A DNA stretch of 64,000 bases from an uncultured Thermotogaceae bacterium (GCA_964516385.1 CAZEYM010000005.1:6830-70829), one strand, 5' to 3'. Shown: positions 1-8,978, numbered from the stretch's first letter. A program made the numbers and translations. Notes: generated by a model from the letters alone, not told the origin.

Positions 1-699
1 AACGCCGGGGCGTGGCGGCCGGTGCACCTTATCGCCCCCGAGGGATCGATCGTGAACGCCACGCATCCGGCCCCGGTAGGCGGCGGCAATCTCGAACTCT
101 CCCAGCGCATCGTGGATGCTGTCCTGGGAGCTTTGGCCCAGGCGCTTCCCCACCGAGTGCCCGCGGCTTCCCAAGGGACGATGAACAACCTCACCATCGG
201 GGGCAACGACCCCCGCTCGGGGGAGCCGTACACCTTCTACGAAACACTGGGTGGGGGTTCAGGTGCTGGACCAGACGGACCTGGGCTGAGCGGCGTGCAC
301 AGCCACATGACGAACACCCTCAACACTCCTGTGGAGGCGCTTGAAGCGGCTTATCCATTGCGGGTTGAGCGCTACGAGCTGCGTGAGGGATCTGGGGGGC
401 GTGGGCGGTTCCCGGGGGGAGACGGATTGCGGAGGGACATCCAGGTGTTGGGCCACACGGCAACCGTTTCGCTCCTTGCCGACCGTCGGCGCGGAAGGCC
501 GTATGGGCTGCAGGGCGGGGAGCCGGGGAAGCCCGGCGAGGACGCACTTATCATAGAAGACACACAACCCAAAAGCTTGCCGGCAAAGGGAACCGTGCAC
601 GTGCCCTCGGGGGGAGTGGTGTCACTGCGCACACCAGGGGGAGGAGGCTACGGCTCTTCCGAGGACGCGCCGGGGGTGGACAGGGCGGACAGCAGATAG
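1..699 (+). CDS. Hydantoinase B/oxoprolinase family protein (HyuB-like), C-terminal part; 5' end outside window
   Basis: Frame open from nt 1 (track ORF 22..699). Translation contains GGGNLELSQRIVD, TMNNLTIGG, GGGSGAGPDGPGLSGVHSHMTNTLNTPVEALE and RFPGGDGLRRD, blocks I recognise from the N-methylhydantoinase B / 5-oxoprolinase family. Confidence 0.8.
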   Translation, partial: NAGAWRPVHLIAPEGSIVNATHPAPVGGGNLELSQRIVDAVLGALAQALPHRVPAASQGTMNNLTIGGNDPRSGEPYTFYETLGGGSGAGPDGPGLSGVHSHMTNTLNTPVEALEAAYPLRVERYELREGSGGRGRFPGGDGLRRDIQVLGHTATVSLLADRRRGRPYGLQGGEPGKPGEDALIIEDTQPKSLPAKGTVHVPSGGVVSLRTPGGGGYGSSEDAPGVDRADSR

Positions 700-1445
700 G
701 CGGTGAACGCCACCATCCTGTCCGCCGGACGCACTCCGGCCGACTGGCGGACGAGCATCCGCCGCTCCAGAAGTTCCACCACCTCCATCCGCACGAATTC
801 TTCCTCCTCCAGGACTCGGACAGCCTCCTTGAGCTGCTCGGCGGTGGGCACGATCAACGCCAGCGGGCTGCCCGGGGCCATCGCCCGGCGGGCCGCCGGG
901 ATGGCCAGCCACGGCTGGGGCAGATCAAGAAACACCGCGTCCATATCTCCCACGGGGAATGGCTCGCCTGCCGAAAGCACTCGAGCATCCACCCGGTCGG
1001 AGTATCCCGCCCGGGCCACGTTGGCCATCGCGTTCGCCAGGAAGTCCTCCCGCTGGTCGAACGTGTACACCCGCCCCTCTGGACCCACGAACTGAGCAAG
1101 CAATATTGTGAACGCACCAGACCCTGTGCCCATCTCGATCACCCGCCGACCCGGGGCGAGATCCAGGGCCATGATCAGCCATCCGGCGTCCTTAGGGTAG
1201 ATGATCTGTGTTCTGCGGCGCACTTTGAACATGCGATCGTCCACTCGCGGCCGGAAGGCAAGGAACGGGGACCCCAAATGGGTGTGCACTTTGGTTCCCG
1301 GGACACTGCCTACCAGCTGGTCGTGTTCCACCATTCCGCGGGTGCTGTGGAGTTTTCCCTCCGGCTCCAAGGTCACCAGATATGTGCGCTCCTTTCCCGG
1401 CTCGCACAGCAGTACATCATCCCCATAAGCAAACGTGTTTGGCAT
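648..1445 (-). CDS. trmI: tRNA (adenine-N1)-methyltransferase, TrmI/GCD14 family
   Basis: 265-aa ORF with ATG at 1445. N-terminal beta-domain (GDDVLL..YLVTL) followed by SAM-binding VIEMGTGSGAFT, typical of TrmI. The 3' end overlaps hyuB convergently by 52 nt. Confidence 0.85.
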   Translation of the reverse strand: MPNTFAYGDDVLLCEPGKERTYLVTLEPEGKLHSTRGMVEHDQLVGSVPGTKVHTHLGSPFLAFRPRVDDRMFKVRRRTQIIYPKDAGWLIMALDLAPGRRVIEMGTGSGAFTILLAQFVGPEGRVYTFDQREDFLANAMANVARAGYSDRVDARVLSAGEPFPVGDMDAVFLDLPQPWLAIPAARRAMAPGSPLALIVPTAEQLKEAVRVLEEEEFVRMEVVELLERRMLVRQSAGVRPADRMVAFTAYLLSALSTPGASSEEP

Positions 1446-1514
1446 ATGTTTCGAATCCAGTCCCCAAAACTCCTAATCCCTAGTCTAGGCGCTTGACTAC
1501 GATGTCACGCTTGA

Positions 1515-2015
1515 TCATGGCGTGTGGACCCGATTGAACGCTCCGCGCATGGTGCGCTCGTATAGGTACCTTCGCTTCACATCTCTCAACGGCTGAGTAG
1601 CGAGATACTTGCGCTTCACTTCCTCCTCGAACCCCACCCGTGCCCCCTCGTCAACGCTCAACAGCACCTGACCTTCTTTGACCACCTCGTGCGCAAGGAG
1701 CGGAGGAGTATCGTTCAGGATAACGAGGTCAAACTGGTCCATCGGGAGAGCCTCCATGAGCCCCCCGACGAGGGCAGATTTGCACCTGAACTTCCCACCA
1801 GCCTTCCGGGAAGCGACTCTGACGGGATCGACCAATACAGCTATATCCACATCGCTCAAGCCATGCGTGGTTTCCCGCGTCAGGGAGCCGAAAAGGTATA
1901 CTGCGATCACTCCCTCCCCACTGCGAAAGTGCTCCCTCAATACACGCTTTAGTTCATCAATATCGCGCACGTGCCTCACCACAGGCACTGTACACGCTGG
2001 CAGCCCACTCGCCAA
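1515..2015 (-). CDS. Minimal nucleotidyltransferase domain protein (MntA-like)
   Basis: Motif LFGSLTRETTHGLSDVDIAVLV (GS-x9-11-DxD) of the pol-beta-type NTase superfamily. The start is uncertain because the track start is a TTG codon. Confidence 0.7.
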   Translation of the reverse strand: MASGLPACTVPVVRHVRDIDELKRVLREHFRSGEGVIAVYLFGSLTRETTHGLSDVDIAVLVDPVRVASRKAGGKFRCKSALVGGLMEALPMDQFDLVILNDTPPLLAHEVVKEGQVLLSVDEGARVGFEEEVKRKYLATQPLRDVKRRYLYERTMRGAFNRVHTP

Positions 2016-2044
2016 ACGACGGGCCGCTAGCGTACCATAAGACC

Positions 2045-2635
2045 ATGCTGAATGTAGAGTTGCTCCATCTGACAGAGGAACCTATCAGCCACATCGCCCG
2101 CTGCGCCCGCGTCAGCCACCGCAGCGAGGGCACCGGTCCGGAGGCCGACGCGCAGCTTGTCCGCAAACTCATCGGCTGGGGGCACCTGTCGGTGCTTGAG
2201 TTCGCCCACGCGACGTTCCTCGTGGAGGGTCTGTCGCGGGCGTGTGCCAACCAACTCACCCGCCATCGGCTTGCCAGCTTCGTCCAGGAATCTCAGCGGT
2301 ACGTGGACGTCGGCGATCGAGAGCTCGTTCAACCCAGAAGCATTGCCGAGTCCGGCCTGCAGCTAGAGGCGACCCAGCTGTACGAGCGAGCCCGCGACTT
2401 GTACGAGAAGCTTGTGGCCGCCGGCGTCCCCAGGGAGGATGCCCGCTACGTGCTTCCCATTGGCGCCGAGACCCGCCTGGTCGTGAACGTCAACTTCCGG
2501 GAGGCTCGTCACATAGTCGCCTTGAGAGGATCTCGCCACGCCCAGTGGGAGATCCGCTGCCTGGCCGCCACGATGCTGGAGCTCCTGAAACGGGAAGCTG
2601 CGGTGGCGTTCGAGGACCTGGAGGCATCAGCATGA
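2045..2635 (+). CDS. thyX: FAD-dependent thymidylate synthase
   Basis: Contains the ThyX signature RHRLASFVQESQRYV. 196 aa. Confidence 0.9.
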   Translation: MLNVELLHLTEEPISHIARCARVSHRSEGTGPEADAQLVRKLIGWGHLSVLEFAHATFLVEGLSRACANQLTRHRLASFVQESQRYVDVGDRELVQPRSIAESGLQLEATQLYERARDLYEKLVAAGVPREDARYVLPIGAETRLVVNVNFREARHIVALRGSRHAQWEIRCLAATMLELLKREAAVAFEDLEASA

Positions 2636-3192
2636 GCTACTCCATACTCTCAGATCGGGACATAGCGGCCCTGTGCCGCAGCAACCCGCCTATGTTGGAC
2701 CCGTTTGTGGAAACCCAGGAGGGGAAGCCTTCCTGGGGGCTGGGGAGCTTCGGCTACGACCTCAGGCTGGGCAAGAAGTTCCTTGTGCCGCTGGGAGGGG
2801 TGAACGCTGTCCTGGACCCAGTGAACTTCCCCCGCGGACACTTTCGTGAGGTCGAGGCCGAGGACATCTTCGAGCTGGCGCCGAACTCTCAGGTCCTGGC
2901 CGAGTCGGTGGAGACCTTCCACATGCCCGACGATGTGATGGGCGTGGCCTGGGGGAAGAGCTCCTATGCCCGATGCGGGTTGCTGGTGAACGTCACGCCC
3001 ATGGAACCTAGCTGGATCGGCGTTCTCACCTTGGAGTTAGCTAATCTGTCACCACTACCCATTCGTTTGCATGTCGGCCAAGGGATCGCCCAGGTGGTGT
3101 TCTTCCGCGGACAGCGGCCAGGCAGGACCTACGCTGAGAAGGAATCAGGCGGAGGTTACCAGGACCAGCCTGGGGTCACGCTCCCTTACTGA
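2632..3192 (+). CDS. dcd: dCTP deaminase (possibly bifunctional dCTP deaminase/dUTPase)
   Basis: Internal ATG at 2632 (MSYSILSDRDI) overlaps the thyX stop as ATGA. The Dcd-like core GKSSYARCGLLVNVTPMEPSWIGVLTLELAN and QVVFF is present. The 316-aa track ORF upstream extension lies inside thyX and is discounted. Confidence 0.9.
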   Translation: MSYSILSDRDIAALCRSNPPMLDPFVETQEGKPSWGLGSFGYDLRLGKKFLVPLGGVNAVLDPVNFPRGHFREVEAEDIFELAPNSQVLAESVETFHMPDDVMGVAWGKSSYARCGLLVNVTPMEPSWIGVLTLELANLSPLPIRLHVGQGIAQVVFFRGQRPGRTYAEKESGGGYQDQPGVTLPY

Positions 3193-3403
3193 TGATCCAC
3201 CTCCGCAAGGGGATGGGGATGCGGACCATGGCGCGGTAGCTCTCGGCCAGCTCAGCGCAGATCTCCGGGGGTATGCCGCTGCGGGCCAGGCGCCGCCGGA
3301 ACCGCCATGTGGCCCAACGCCTGCCCCACAGCAAGCCCAGAGCCACAGACCCTAGCGCACACAGCAGGCGGAGAGCGGCCCAGACAACCGCCAACACGCG
3401 CAT
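3176..3403 (-). CDS. Small hydrophobic/basic hypothetical protein, last gene of the ECF operon
   Basis: 75-aa ORF whose ATG at 3403 sits 2 nt after the stop of the upstream gene. One hydrophobic N-terminal segment (VLAVVWAALRLLCALGSVALGLLW). No recognisable family. Confidence 0.45.
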   Translation of the reverse strand: MRVLAVVWAALRLLCALGSVALGLLWGRRWATWRFRRRLARSGIPPEICAELAESYRAMVRIPIPLRRWIISKGA

Positions 3404-3405
3404 CC

Positions 3406-3714
3406 TCAGCGGTCGCCTTCTGACTCTTCCTCTTCCCGTTCGCGGGTCCCCGCGAAGTTGAAGTTCCCGATCCCCTTGGAGCTGAGTAGGTCCCGTAGGT
3501 TGATCATGTACCCCTGGGACATCTTCAGCGCTTCCTCTTTGGGAATCCCCGCGTCCACGAGCTTCTTGTAGAAGGTGGCCACGGAGTCGGCCATGTTCTC
3601 CGCAGCCTCCTTCGAGTAGAGAACGTCCCGTAGGCCCCGTAGAAGGCCGGGGATTCGGTCTGAAACCACGTCCAATACCTCTCTCAACTCGTTTACATCC
3701 TTGTGTTCGGACAT
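3406..3714 (-). CDS. Hypothetical protein with acidic C-terminal tail (ECF operon gene 3)
   Basis: MSEHKDVNELREVL start at 3714 lies 1 nt after the anti-sigma stop. Helical-looking sequence ending EREEEESEGDR. No family recognised. Confidence 0.55.
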   Translation of the reverse strand: MSEHKDVNELREVLDVVSDRIPGLLRGLRDVLYSKEAAENMADSVATFYKKLVDAGIPKEEALKMSQGYMINLRDLLSSKGIGNFNFAGTREREEEESEGDR

Positions 3715-3715
3715 C

Positions 3716-4084
3716 CTATGCCTCCTCTGCAAATAGCGAGTACTTCCTTCCCAACAGCCGCAGGTCCCCCCCGAGGAGCACCTGGCGGCCCCGAACCGTC
3801 AACCAAACGGATATGCCCAACAGGAACGAACCCACATCCACCCGGGCAAGCGGGGCAAACTGCAATGCGGAGAGCAGCTTGTCCCAGACGTGCTCGCCAG
3901 GGCCGGGCAGCGCAAACAGCGACGCCTTGACTGCCTGTGCCACCTGCAGTGTCTCGGCCAGCTCAGCCCTGCAAGTTGGGCAGTGTTGCAAGTGTGCTTC
4001 CAGTCGTGCCTTCTCTTCTCGGTCCAGGGTCCCGCTTGCATACCAGGGGATCAGCTTGCCGAACTCCTCGCAGTGTTTTCTCAT
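3716..4084 (-). CDS. Anti-sigma factor, zf-HC2 type, single-pass membrane
   Basis: Start MRKHCEEF at 4084 overlaps the sigma-factor stop (ATGA). Contains the zf-HC2 motif HLQHCPTCRAE and one TM segment (GSFLLGISVWLTV). The upstream part of the 238-aa track ORF lies inside the sigma gene. Confidence 0.75.
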   Translation of the reverse strand: MRKHCEEFGKLIPWYASGTLDREEKARLEAHLQHCPTCRAELAETLQVAQAVKASLFALPGPGEHVWDKLLSALQFAPLARVDVGSFLLGISVWLTVRGRQVLLGGDLRLLGRKYSLFAEEA

Positions 4085-4596
4085 GACAGCACCTCCGCCA
4101 GTCTCCGCTTGGCGTGGTACATCCTTGACTTCACCGTGCCCTCTGGAACGCCGAGGATCTCCGCTATCTGCCGATAGTGGAGCCCCTCGTAGAAAGCGAG
4201 GAACACTACCTCTCTTTGTTCGACCGGAAGGCACTCCACAGCTCGCCGCACTGTGGTTTGTCTCTCCTCTCTCTCTGTGTGTTCCTTGGGGTCCGGCAGA
4301 ACACATGGGCTGGCCGGGGCCCTCCTCCCCTTGGCTTCTCGGCGCATGGCGGCGAAGGACTGGTTCCGCGCGATGCCCAGCAACCATGTGGACACCTGGG
4401 CCCGGCCGGCGTAGTTGCCGGCCGCTCTCCACAACGAAACGAACGTCTCTTGCACCACCTCTTCGGCCAGTTCGAGCTGGCCCGTGAGTGTGAGAGCGAA
4501 GCGAAAAACCCTGTGCGCGTAGCGGCGATACAACTCACCCAAGGGCTCCTCCTCACCGCGGGCAATCCGCTCCACGAGCTCACAATCCGCAGTCAA
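4081..4596 (-). CDS. ECF-type RNA polymerase sigma-70 family factor
   Basis: 171 aa with region 2 (LYRRYAHRVFRFALTLTG..AEEVVQETFVSLW) and region 4 (FYEGLHYRQIAEILGVPEGTVKSRMYHAKRRL). TTG start preceded by GGGAGG. Confidence 0.9.
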   Translation of the reverse strand: MTADCELVERIARGEEEPLGELYRRYAHRVFRFALTLTGQLELAEEVVQETFVSLWRAAGNYAGRAQVSTWLLGIARNQSFAAMRREAKGRRAPASPCVLPDPKEHTEREERQTTVRRAVECLPVEQREVVFLAFYEGLHYRQIAEILGVPEGTVKSRMYHAKRRLAEVLS

Positions 4597-4654
4597 CTCG
4601 CCTCCCAGGGGGATGATCCCGTTTACCGTTAGTGTCCGTCTGCGGCACAGAGGT

Positions 4655-5656
4655 TCACTGCACGGCGCTGTGGGGCAGAGCGTGTACGGTACGCCCCTTG
4701 CGCCCTGTGACGTCTTCGGCGGCGAGCAGTGCCGATAGGACTGCTTCCTCAGCGACCTGTGCCGCGCCCCTCACCAACCCGCGCATGGACATGCTGCCGT
4801 CGCTGACGAGCTCTTGCTGCACTTGTCTTGGGAGGCAATACGAAGTGGAGAAAGCGACGATGAAGTCGCCGCTTCCCATGTCTGCTGGTGCACCTGTGCG
4901 GGCCAGCCCCAACGAGGCCCTTCGGGCCAAAAGACTGAGCTGACGAGAGGAAAGGGGCGCATCCACGGCCAGAACCACCACCACTGAGCCTGCGTCTCCC
5001 TTGTCTGCCCCCGGCAACCGGGAGAGATCTACCTGGCGTCCCAGGAAGCGAAGGTCTCTCCGGAGGCCCATGTTGGGTAGGACGAGGGCCCCTAACGTCC
5101 AGGTGTCCACCCTACAGGAGGCAGTGCCGATGCCTGACTTCAACCCATAGGCCACCATCCCCGTCCCGGCTCCCACGCAGCCTTCAGCGACCTGCGCGCG
5201 GGCTCCCTGCAGGGCCTGCCGAACGTGCTCTTCCCCCACCCGGTGGGTCTCGATCGACGACAGCCAGCCGTCGTTGCACTCCAGAACTACTGGGTTCACC
5301 GAGCGTGCGTGCGGATGGCTTTCCAACGTCCAGCTCACGAGTGCGTCGGCACAACGGAACGTGCTCAGAGTGTTGGTAAGGAGTACAGGGGTCTCTAGCC
5401 TTCCCAGGTGAGCTATCTGCCACAGGCCTGTGGCCTTCCCATATCCGTGCAGGACGAACAGCCCGGCAGGAAGGGGGTTAGCGTAGGGGTCCCCTGGCGG
5501 GAGGACAGCAGTTACGCCGCTGCGGACTGCCTGACTGCCCTCTCCTATGTTCAGTGTGCAGTGCCCAACTGTCACGCCGGCTACATCGCTGATCGCACAT
5601 CTGCCACCCGGCGCCAGGTCGCCGACCGCGAGTCCCGCTGCCCGCAGCGTGTTCAT
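4655..5656 (-). CDS. P1/S58 family peptidase (DmpA/BapA-like aminopeptidase)
   Basis: 333 aa. N-terminus ISDVAGVTVGHCTL..RSGVTAVL and overall layout resemble DmpA/L-aminopeptidase D-esterase family proteins as I recall them. Confidence 0.8.
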   Translation of the reverse strand: MNTLRAAGLAVGDLAPGGRCAISDVAGVTVGHCTLNIGEGSQAVRSGVTAVLPPGDPYANPLPAGLFVLHGYGKATGLWQIAHLGRLETPVLLTNTLSTFRCADALVSWTLESHPHARSVNPVVLECNDGWLSSIETHRVGEEHVRQALQGARAQVAEGCVGAGTGMVAYGLKSGIGTASCRVDTWTLGALVLPNMGLRRDLRFLGRQVDLSRLPGADKGDAGSVVVVLAVDAPLSSRQLSLLARRASLGLARTGAPADMGSGDFIVAFSTSYCLPRQVQQELVSDGSMSMRGLVRGAAQVAEEAVLSALLAAEDVTGRKGRTVHALPHSAVQ

Positions 5657-5673
5657 CGCACTCTTCCCCTAAC

Positions 5674-7065
5674 CTACCCGTGGAGCCGAAACTCGTAGGG
5701 GTGCGGACGGGCTGCCAGCTGCTGTGCATCCTCTCGTCGGTTGCTCAGCCACAAATCCACTAGTCTCTCCGGGAACACTCCATCGGCGCTCAAGAAAGCC
5801 CGATCCTCCTCCAGGGCTGTCAGAGCTTCCTCCAAGGTTCGTGGAAGGGACTCGATCTTCCGTGCTTGTTCCCGCGGAAGAGATGAAAGGTCGGTGCTCC
5901 AAGGCCCCCAACCTTCTCTTTGGGGGTCGATGCCTCTTTGCACTCCGTCCAGGCCAGCCATCAAACAGGCGGCGAACCCCAGATAGGGATTGCAGGTGGG
6001 ATCAGGCACTCGGAACTCAAAGCGGGCTGCACTGGCTCCGGTGACGTACCCCGGGATGCGCACTGCCGCGGTGCGATTTGCCGGACCGAACGCCAGGTGC
6101 ACCGGCGCCTCGAACCCCGGGAGCAGCCGCCGATAGGAGTTGGTCGACGGCGCCACCCAGGGAGCGAGGGCGCAGCCATGCGCCAGCAGTCCTCCGATGA
6201 ACTGCAGGGCCACCTCTGACAGCCCTCCCTCCCCAGCGAACACGTTGTTGTCCCCACGCAGCAGGTATTGATGTACGTGGAGACCGCTGCCAGGCTGGCG
6301 ATGCAGTGGCTTGGGCAAAAAACAGGCTGTGAGACCATTCTCGGCAGCTAGCCGGGACACCAGATCTCTGGCCAGCACTGTCCAGTCGGCTGCCTCCACC
6401 AGACCTCCAAACCCGAGCTCAACCTCCATGTGACCCAGCGAACCAGCCTCGTGGTGGTGGTATCGGACCGGGATGTCCCAGTGCTCCAGTATTCCGGTGA
6501 CATCGTCTCTGATCCACAACCCTTTGTCATCGGCTCCCCCCGCGTGGTAGGCGGTCCGTACCGATGGCGTCAGCTCCGCGTTCAGCGACGCTTCTCCCTC
6601 GGCGGGTAGCACCGACACCGCTTGTGTGAGGGCGGCATCCTCCACCAAGACCGACTCAAACAAGTAGAACTCCAGTTCTACGGCCAGTTGCGCTCGATCC
6701 GCCACGCCGCGTTTCCGCAAGCTCTGCTCTGCGCGTCGGGCGATGGTGCGCGGTGCGGCGGCCACGAGTTCTCCCCCTGGATGTGCCATGTCAGCGATCA
6801 TGACCAACGTAGGTGGGTCGCGCGTTGGGTCAATTCGTGCTGTGGACGGGTCGGGTACAAGCACAAGGTCGCTGCATTCCACTTCGGCCAGCCCGTAGTT
6901 GGATGCATCAGCCCCGACTCCCTGGACGAGCAAGTCGGACACCAGTTGGGAGACGGGAAGCGTGAGTCGGCGCAACCTCCCCTGCAAGTCCACGGCCCGC
7001 AGATCGACCCGTTCGATGCTATTTTCCTTCACCACCGTGATGATGTCGTCGAATCCCATCGGCAT
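5674..7065 (-). CDS. glnA: Glutamine synthetase family protein (type I-like gamma-glutamyl ligase)
   Basis: 463 aa. Beta-grasp N-domain (VDLRAVDLQGRLRRLTLP) and catalytic domain blocks (ELEFYLF, YHHHEAGSLGHMEV, KPLHRQPGSGLHVH, NSYRRL, RFEFRVPD). AAAGGAG SD before ATG 7065. The symbol is tentative because it could be a GlnA paralogue acting on amines. Confidence 0.85.
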   Translation of the reverse strand: MPMGFDDIITVVKENSIERVDLRAVDLQGRLRRLTLPVSQLVSDLLVQGVGADASNYGLAEVECSDLVLVPDPSTARIDPTRDPPTLVMIADMAHPGGELVAAAPRTIARRAEQSLRKRGVADRAQLAVELEFYLFESVLVEDAALTQAVSVLPAEGEASLNAELTPSVRTAYHAGGADDKGLWIRDDVTGILEHWDIPVRYHHHEAGSLGHMEVELGFGGLVEAADWTVLARDLVSRLAAENGLTACFLPKPLHRQPGSGLHVHQYLLRGDNNVFAGEGGLSEVALQFIGGLLAHGCALAPWVAPSTNSYRRLLPGFEAPVHLAFGPANRTAAVRIPGYVTGASAARFEFRVPDPTCNPYLGFAACLMAGLDGVQRGIDPQREGWGPWSTDLSSLPREQARKIESLPRTLEEALTALEEDRAFLSADGVFPERLVDLWLSNRREDAQQLAARPHPYEFRLHG

Positions 7066-7106
7066 GTTCTCCTTTGCGTAGCTTCAGTCCCTGGGGGTGC
7101 TCCTGC

Positions 7107-8057
7107 TCACAATCTCGGCACAGCCAAGTCGGGGGGGCCCCAGTCCGACAGGACGGCGTCGGGGTTGGACTCCTGCACTAGCTCGTGAATGATGGCCGCG
7201 TGCTTTACCTTCTCCCGACCCCAGTCAGCCAGCGTAGACTCGGCCACCCAGGGTTTGTACAGGGCGCCAGGACCCACTACGCAAGCTGGCCCTGGCTCGA
7301 GCTTGAAATAGCAGGGGGCGCAGATTCTCGTCATCTCCGGCGTGTCATAGAAACGGTTGAACCCTCCGAATGAGTCCGTCAAGAACACGTGGATGTCCAT
7401 GGGAAGATTCGTTGCTTTGCGGAGGGAAGCTAGCTGCGGTAGGGAGAGATCGCCCACGGGGTTGAACGTACTCGCCCCCAGCGACTCCAGCACCTTCGCC
7501 CCGGCCGGGTTGCCGTGCCCGGCGAACACAGAGACCTTGAACACGACATCCTCGGGCAGGTCTCCCTTCTCTTTCATCTGACAGAGGAGCCACAGCAGCC
7601 CCTCGTCCAACACCAAGAATCCTCGGAACCCCAGCTCCACTCCCCGTAGTATGTCAGCCACCACATACCTCAGTTGGTCGGCTCCTCGGAACCGCAGGCC
7701 CGACAACGAGCCTTCGGGGGTCACCAGCTGTCGCCCCGTGTCCCACCCTGAGCGAGGCCCGGGCGTGAGTATGACCTCTACTTGCGCTTCTGCAGCGATC
7801 TGGGCGAACTGCTTCAGCTCCTGCCGGGTAAGAAGCGTCGCGCCCATCACAGTGGAGATCATCCTGTGAACCGGGAGCTCCCGCTTGCGGGCCTCGTCGA
7901 TCACGGCTTCCAGAACGCCAGGGCGCTCCACGCCCGAAATCTCCATCCGGTAGTGTGCCCCATCGGGAAACCGCTCGCTGCTGGCGGGAAGCTCGTACGC
8001 ATCGTACCCGGGTACCCCATGGTGTTCCATTAGCTCGGCCACTTTCTGCTGGTTCAT
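7107..8057 (-). CDS. Conserved-looking hypothetical protein, translationally coupled to panB
   Basis: Start MNQQKVAEL at 8057 overlaps the panB stop (ATGA). 316 aa with an alternating beta/alpha-like pattern. I cannot assign a family. Confidence 0.6.
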   Translation of the reverse strand: MNQQKVAELMEHHGVPGYDAYELPASSERFPDGAHYRMEISGVERPGVLEAVIDEARKRELPVHRMISTVMGATLLTRQELKQFAQIAAEAQVEVILTPGPRSGWDTGRQLVTPEGSLSGLRFRGADQLRYVVADILRGVELGFRGFLVLDEGLLWLLCQMKEKGDLPEDVVFKVSVFAGHGNPAGAKVLESLGASTFNPVGDLSLPQLASLRKATNLPMDIHVFLTDSFGGFNRFYDTPEMTRICAPCYFKLEPGPACVVGPGALYKPWVAESTLADWGREKVKHAAIIHELVQESNPDAVLSDWGPPDLAVPRL

Positions 8058-8920
8058 TCCTCCTCCTGTTCTAGGATCTGCCCCAGGCGGCTCCACTCTT
8101 GATCTGGGATCCGATAGGTGTGCTCGGGGCCGGGGAACGTGCCGTTGCGCACGTCGCGAATATAGCTTTCGAATGCCGTAGACATTGTTTGGGCGACATC
8201 GGCGTATTTCTTCACGAACTTGGGCGTGAACGCCTCGAACAATCCCAAGATGTCGTGCACGATCAGCAGCTGCCCATGACAGGCAGGCCCCGAACCGATG
8301 GAGAGCATGGGGACGCTCGCCCTCTTCACCATCTCCTCTGCCACACGAGCGGGGATCGCCTCGAGCAGTATGGCGAAGGCACCGGCGTCCTCCAGGTACT
8401 CTGCGTCCTCCATCAGCGACAGCGCAGTCTCCGCATCCCTTCCCTGGGACTTGAGCCCCCCGATCATGCTCGCCGCCTGCGGGGTGAGGCCGATGTGCCC
8501 CATCACCGGGATGCCCGCATCCACTATGGCCTCCACTCGAGGGGCCATCCGGGCGCCACCTTCCAGCTTGACTGCATCCGCGCCGCCCTCGGCGATGAAC
8601 CTGCCAGCGTTCTTAACTGCAATCTCGTCCGAAGGCTGATAGGACATGTAGGGCATGTCCCCGACCACGAATGCACGCTCTGCCGCCCGGGACACCGCCG
8701 CCGTAATCTCCACCATGAAGTCCATGGACGCCTGCAACGTGGTGGGGTGGCCCAGCATGCACATCGCCCCCGAGTCCCCCACCAAGATCATGTCCACCCC
8801 CGCCCGGTCCTCCAGTAGGGCCATAGGGTAGTCGTAGGCGGTGAGGAAAGTGATGGGCTCTCCTCGCTCCACCATGTCGTAGAGCTCTGGGATCGTGACC
8901 TTCTTGCGTTTATCTGACAT
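8054..8920 (-). CDS. panB: 3-methyl-2-oxobutanoate hydroxymethyltransferase
   Basis: MSDKRKKVTIPEL start at 8920. PanB blocks LTAYDYP, ILVGDS, VVGDMPYMSY, AVKLEGG and GHIGLTPQ are present. Confidence 0.9.
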   Translation of the reverse strand: MSDKRKKVTIPELYDMVERGEPITFLTAYDYPMALLEDRAGVDMILVGDSGAMCMLGHPTTLQASMDFMVEITAAVSRAAERAFVVGDMPYMSYQPSDEIAVKNAGRFIAEGGADAVKLEGGARMAPRVEAIVDAGIPVMGHIGLTPQAASMIGGLKSQGRDAETALSLMEDAEYLEDAGAFAILLEAIPARVAEEMVKRASVPMLSIGSGPACHGQLLIVHDILGLFEAFTPKFVKKYADVAQTMSTAFESYIRDVRNGTFPGPEHTYRIPDQEWSRLGQILEQEEE

Positions 8921-8978
8921 GTTCCCCTCCTCTCGACGCCCATGGTACCCGGCCGGACCGCCCCGAGGCCACAGGGCC

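Noticed and set aside
2242-2631. N-terminal 130-codon extension of the dcd ORF (track ORF 2242..3192)
   Set aside because: It lies entirely inside thyX in another frame and is Arg/Pro-rich. The dCTP-deaminase homology begins at the ATG at 2632, which forms an ATGA junction with thyX.
4597-4660. ECF-type autoregulatory promoter upstream of the sigma factor gene
   Set aside because: A GAAC element is present on the minus strand (gtGAACctctgtgccgcagaCGGA). The -10 part does not match the usual CGTC/CGTA well enough to call without the ECF group consensus.
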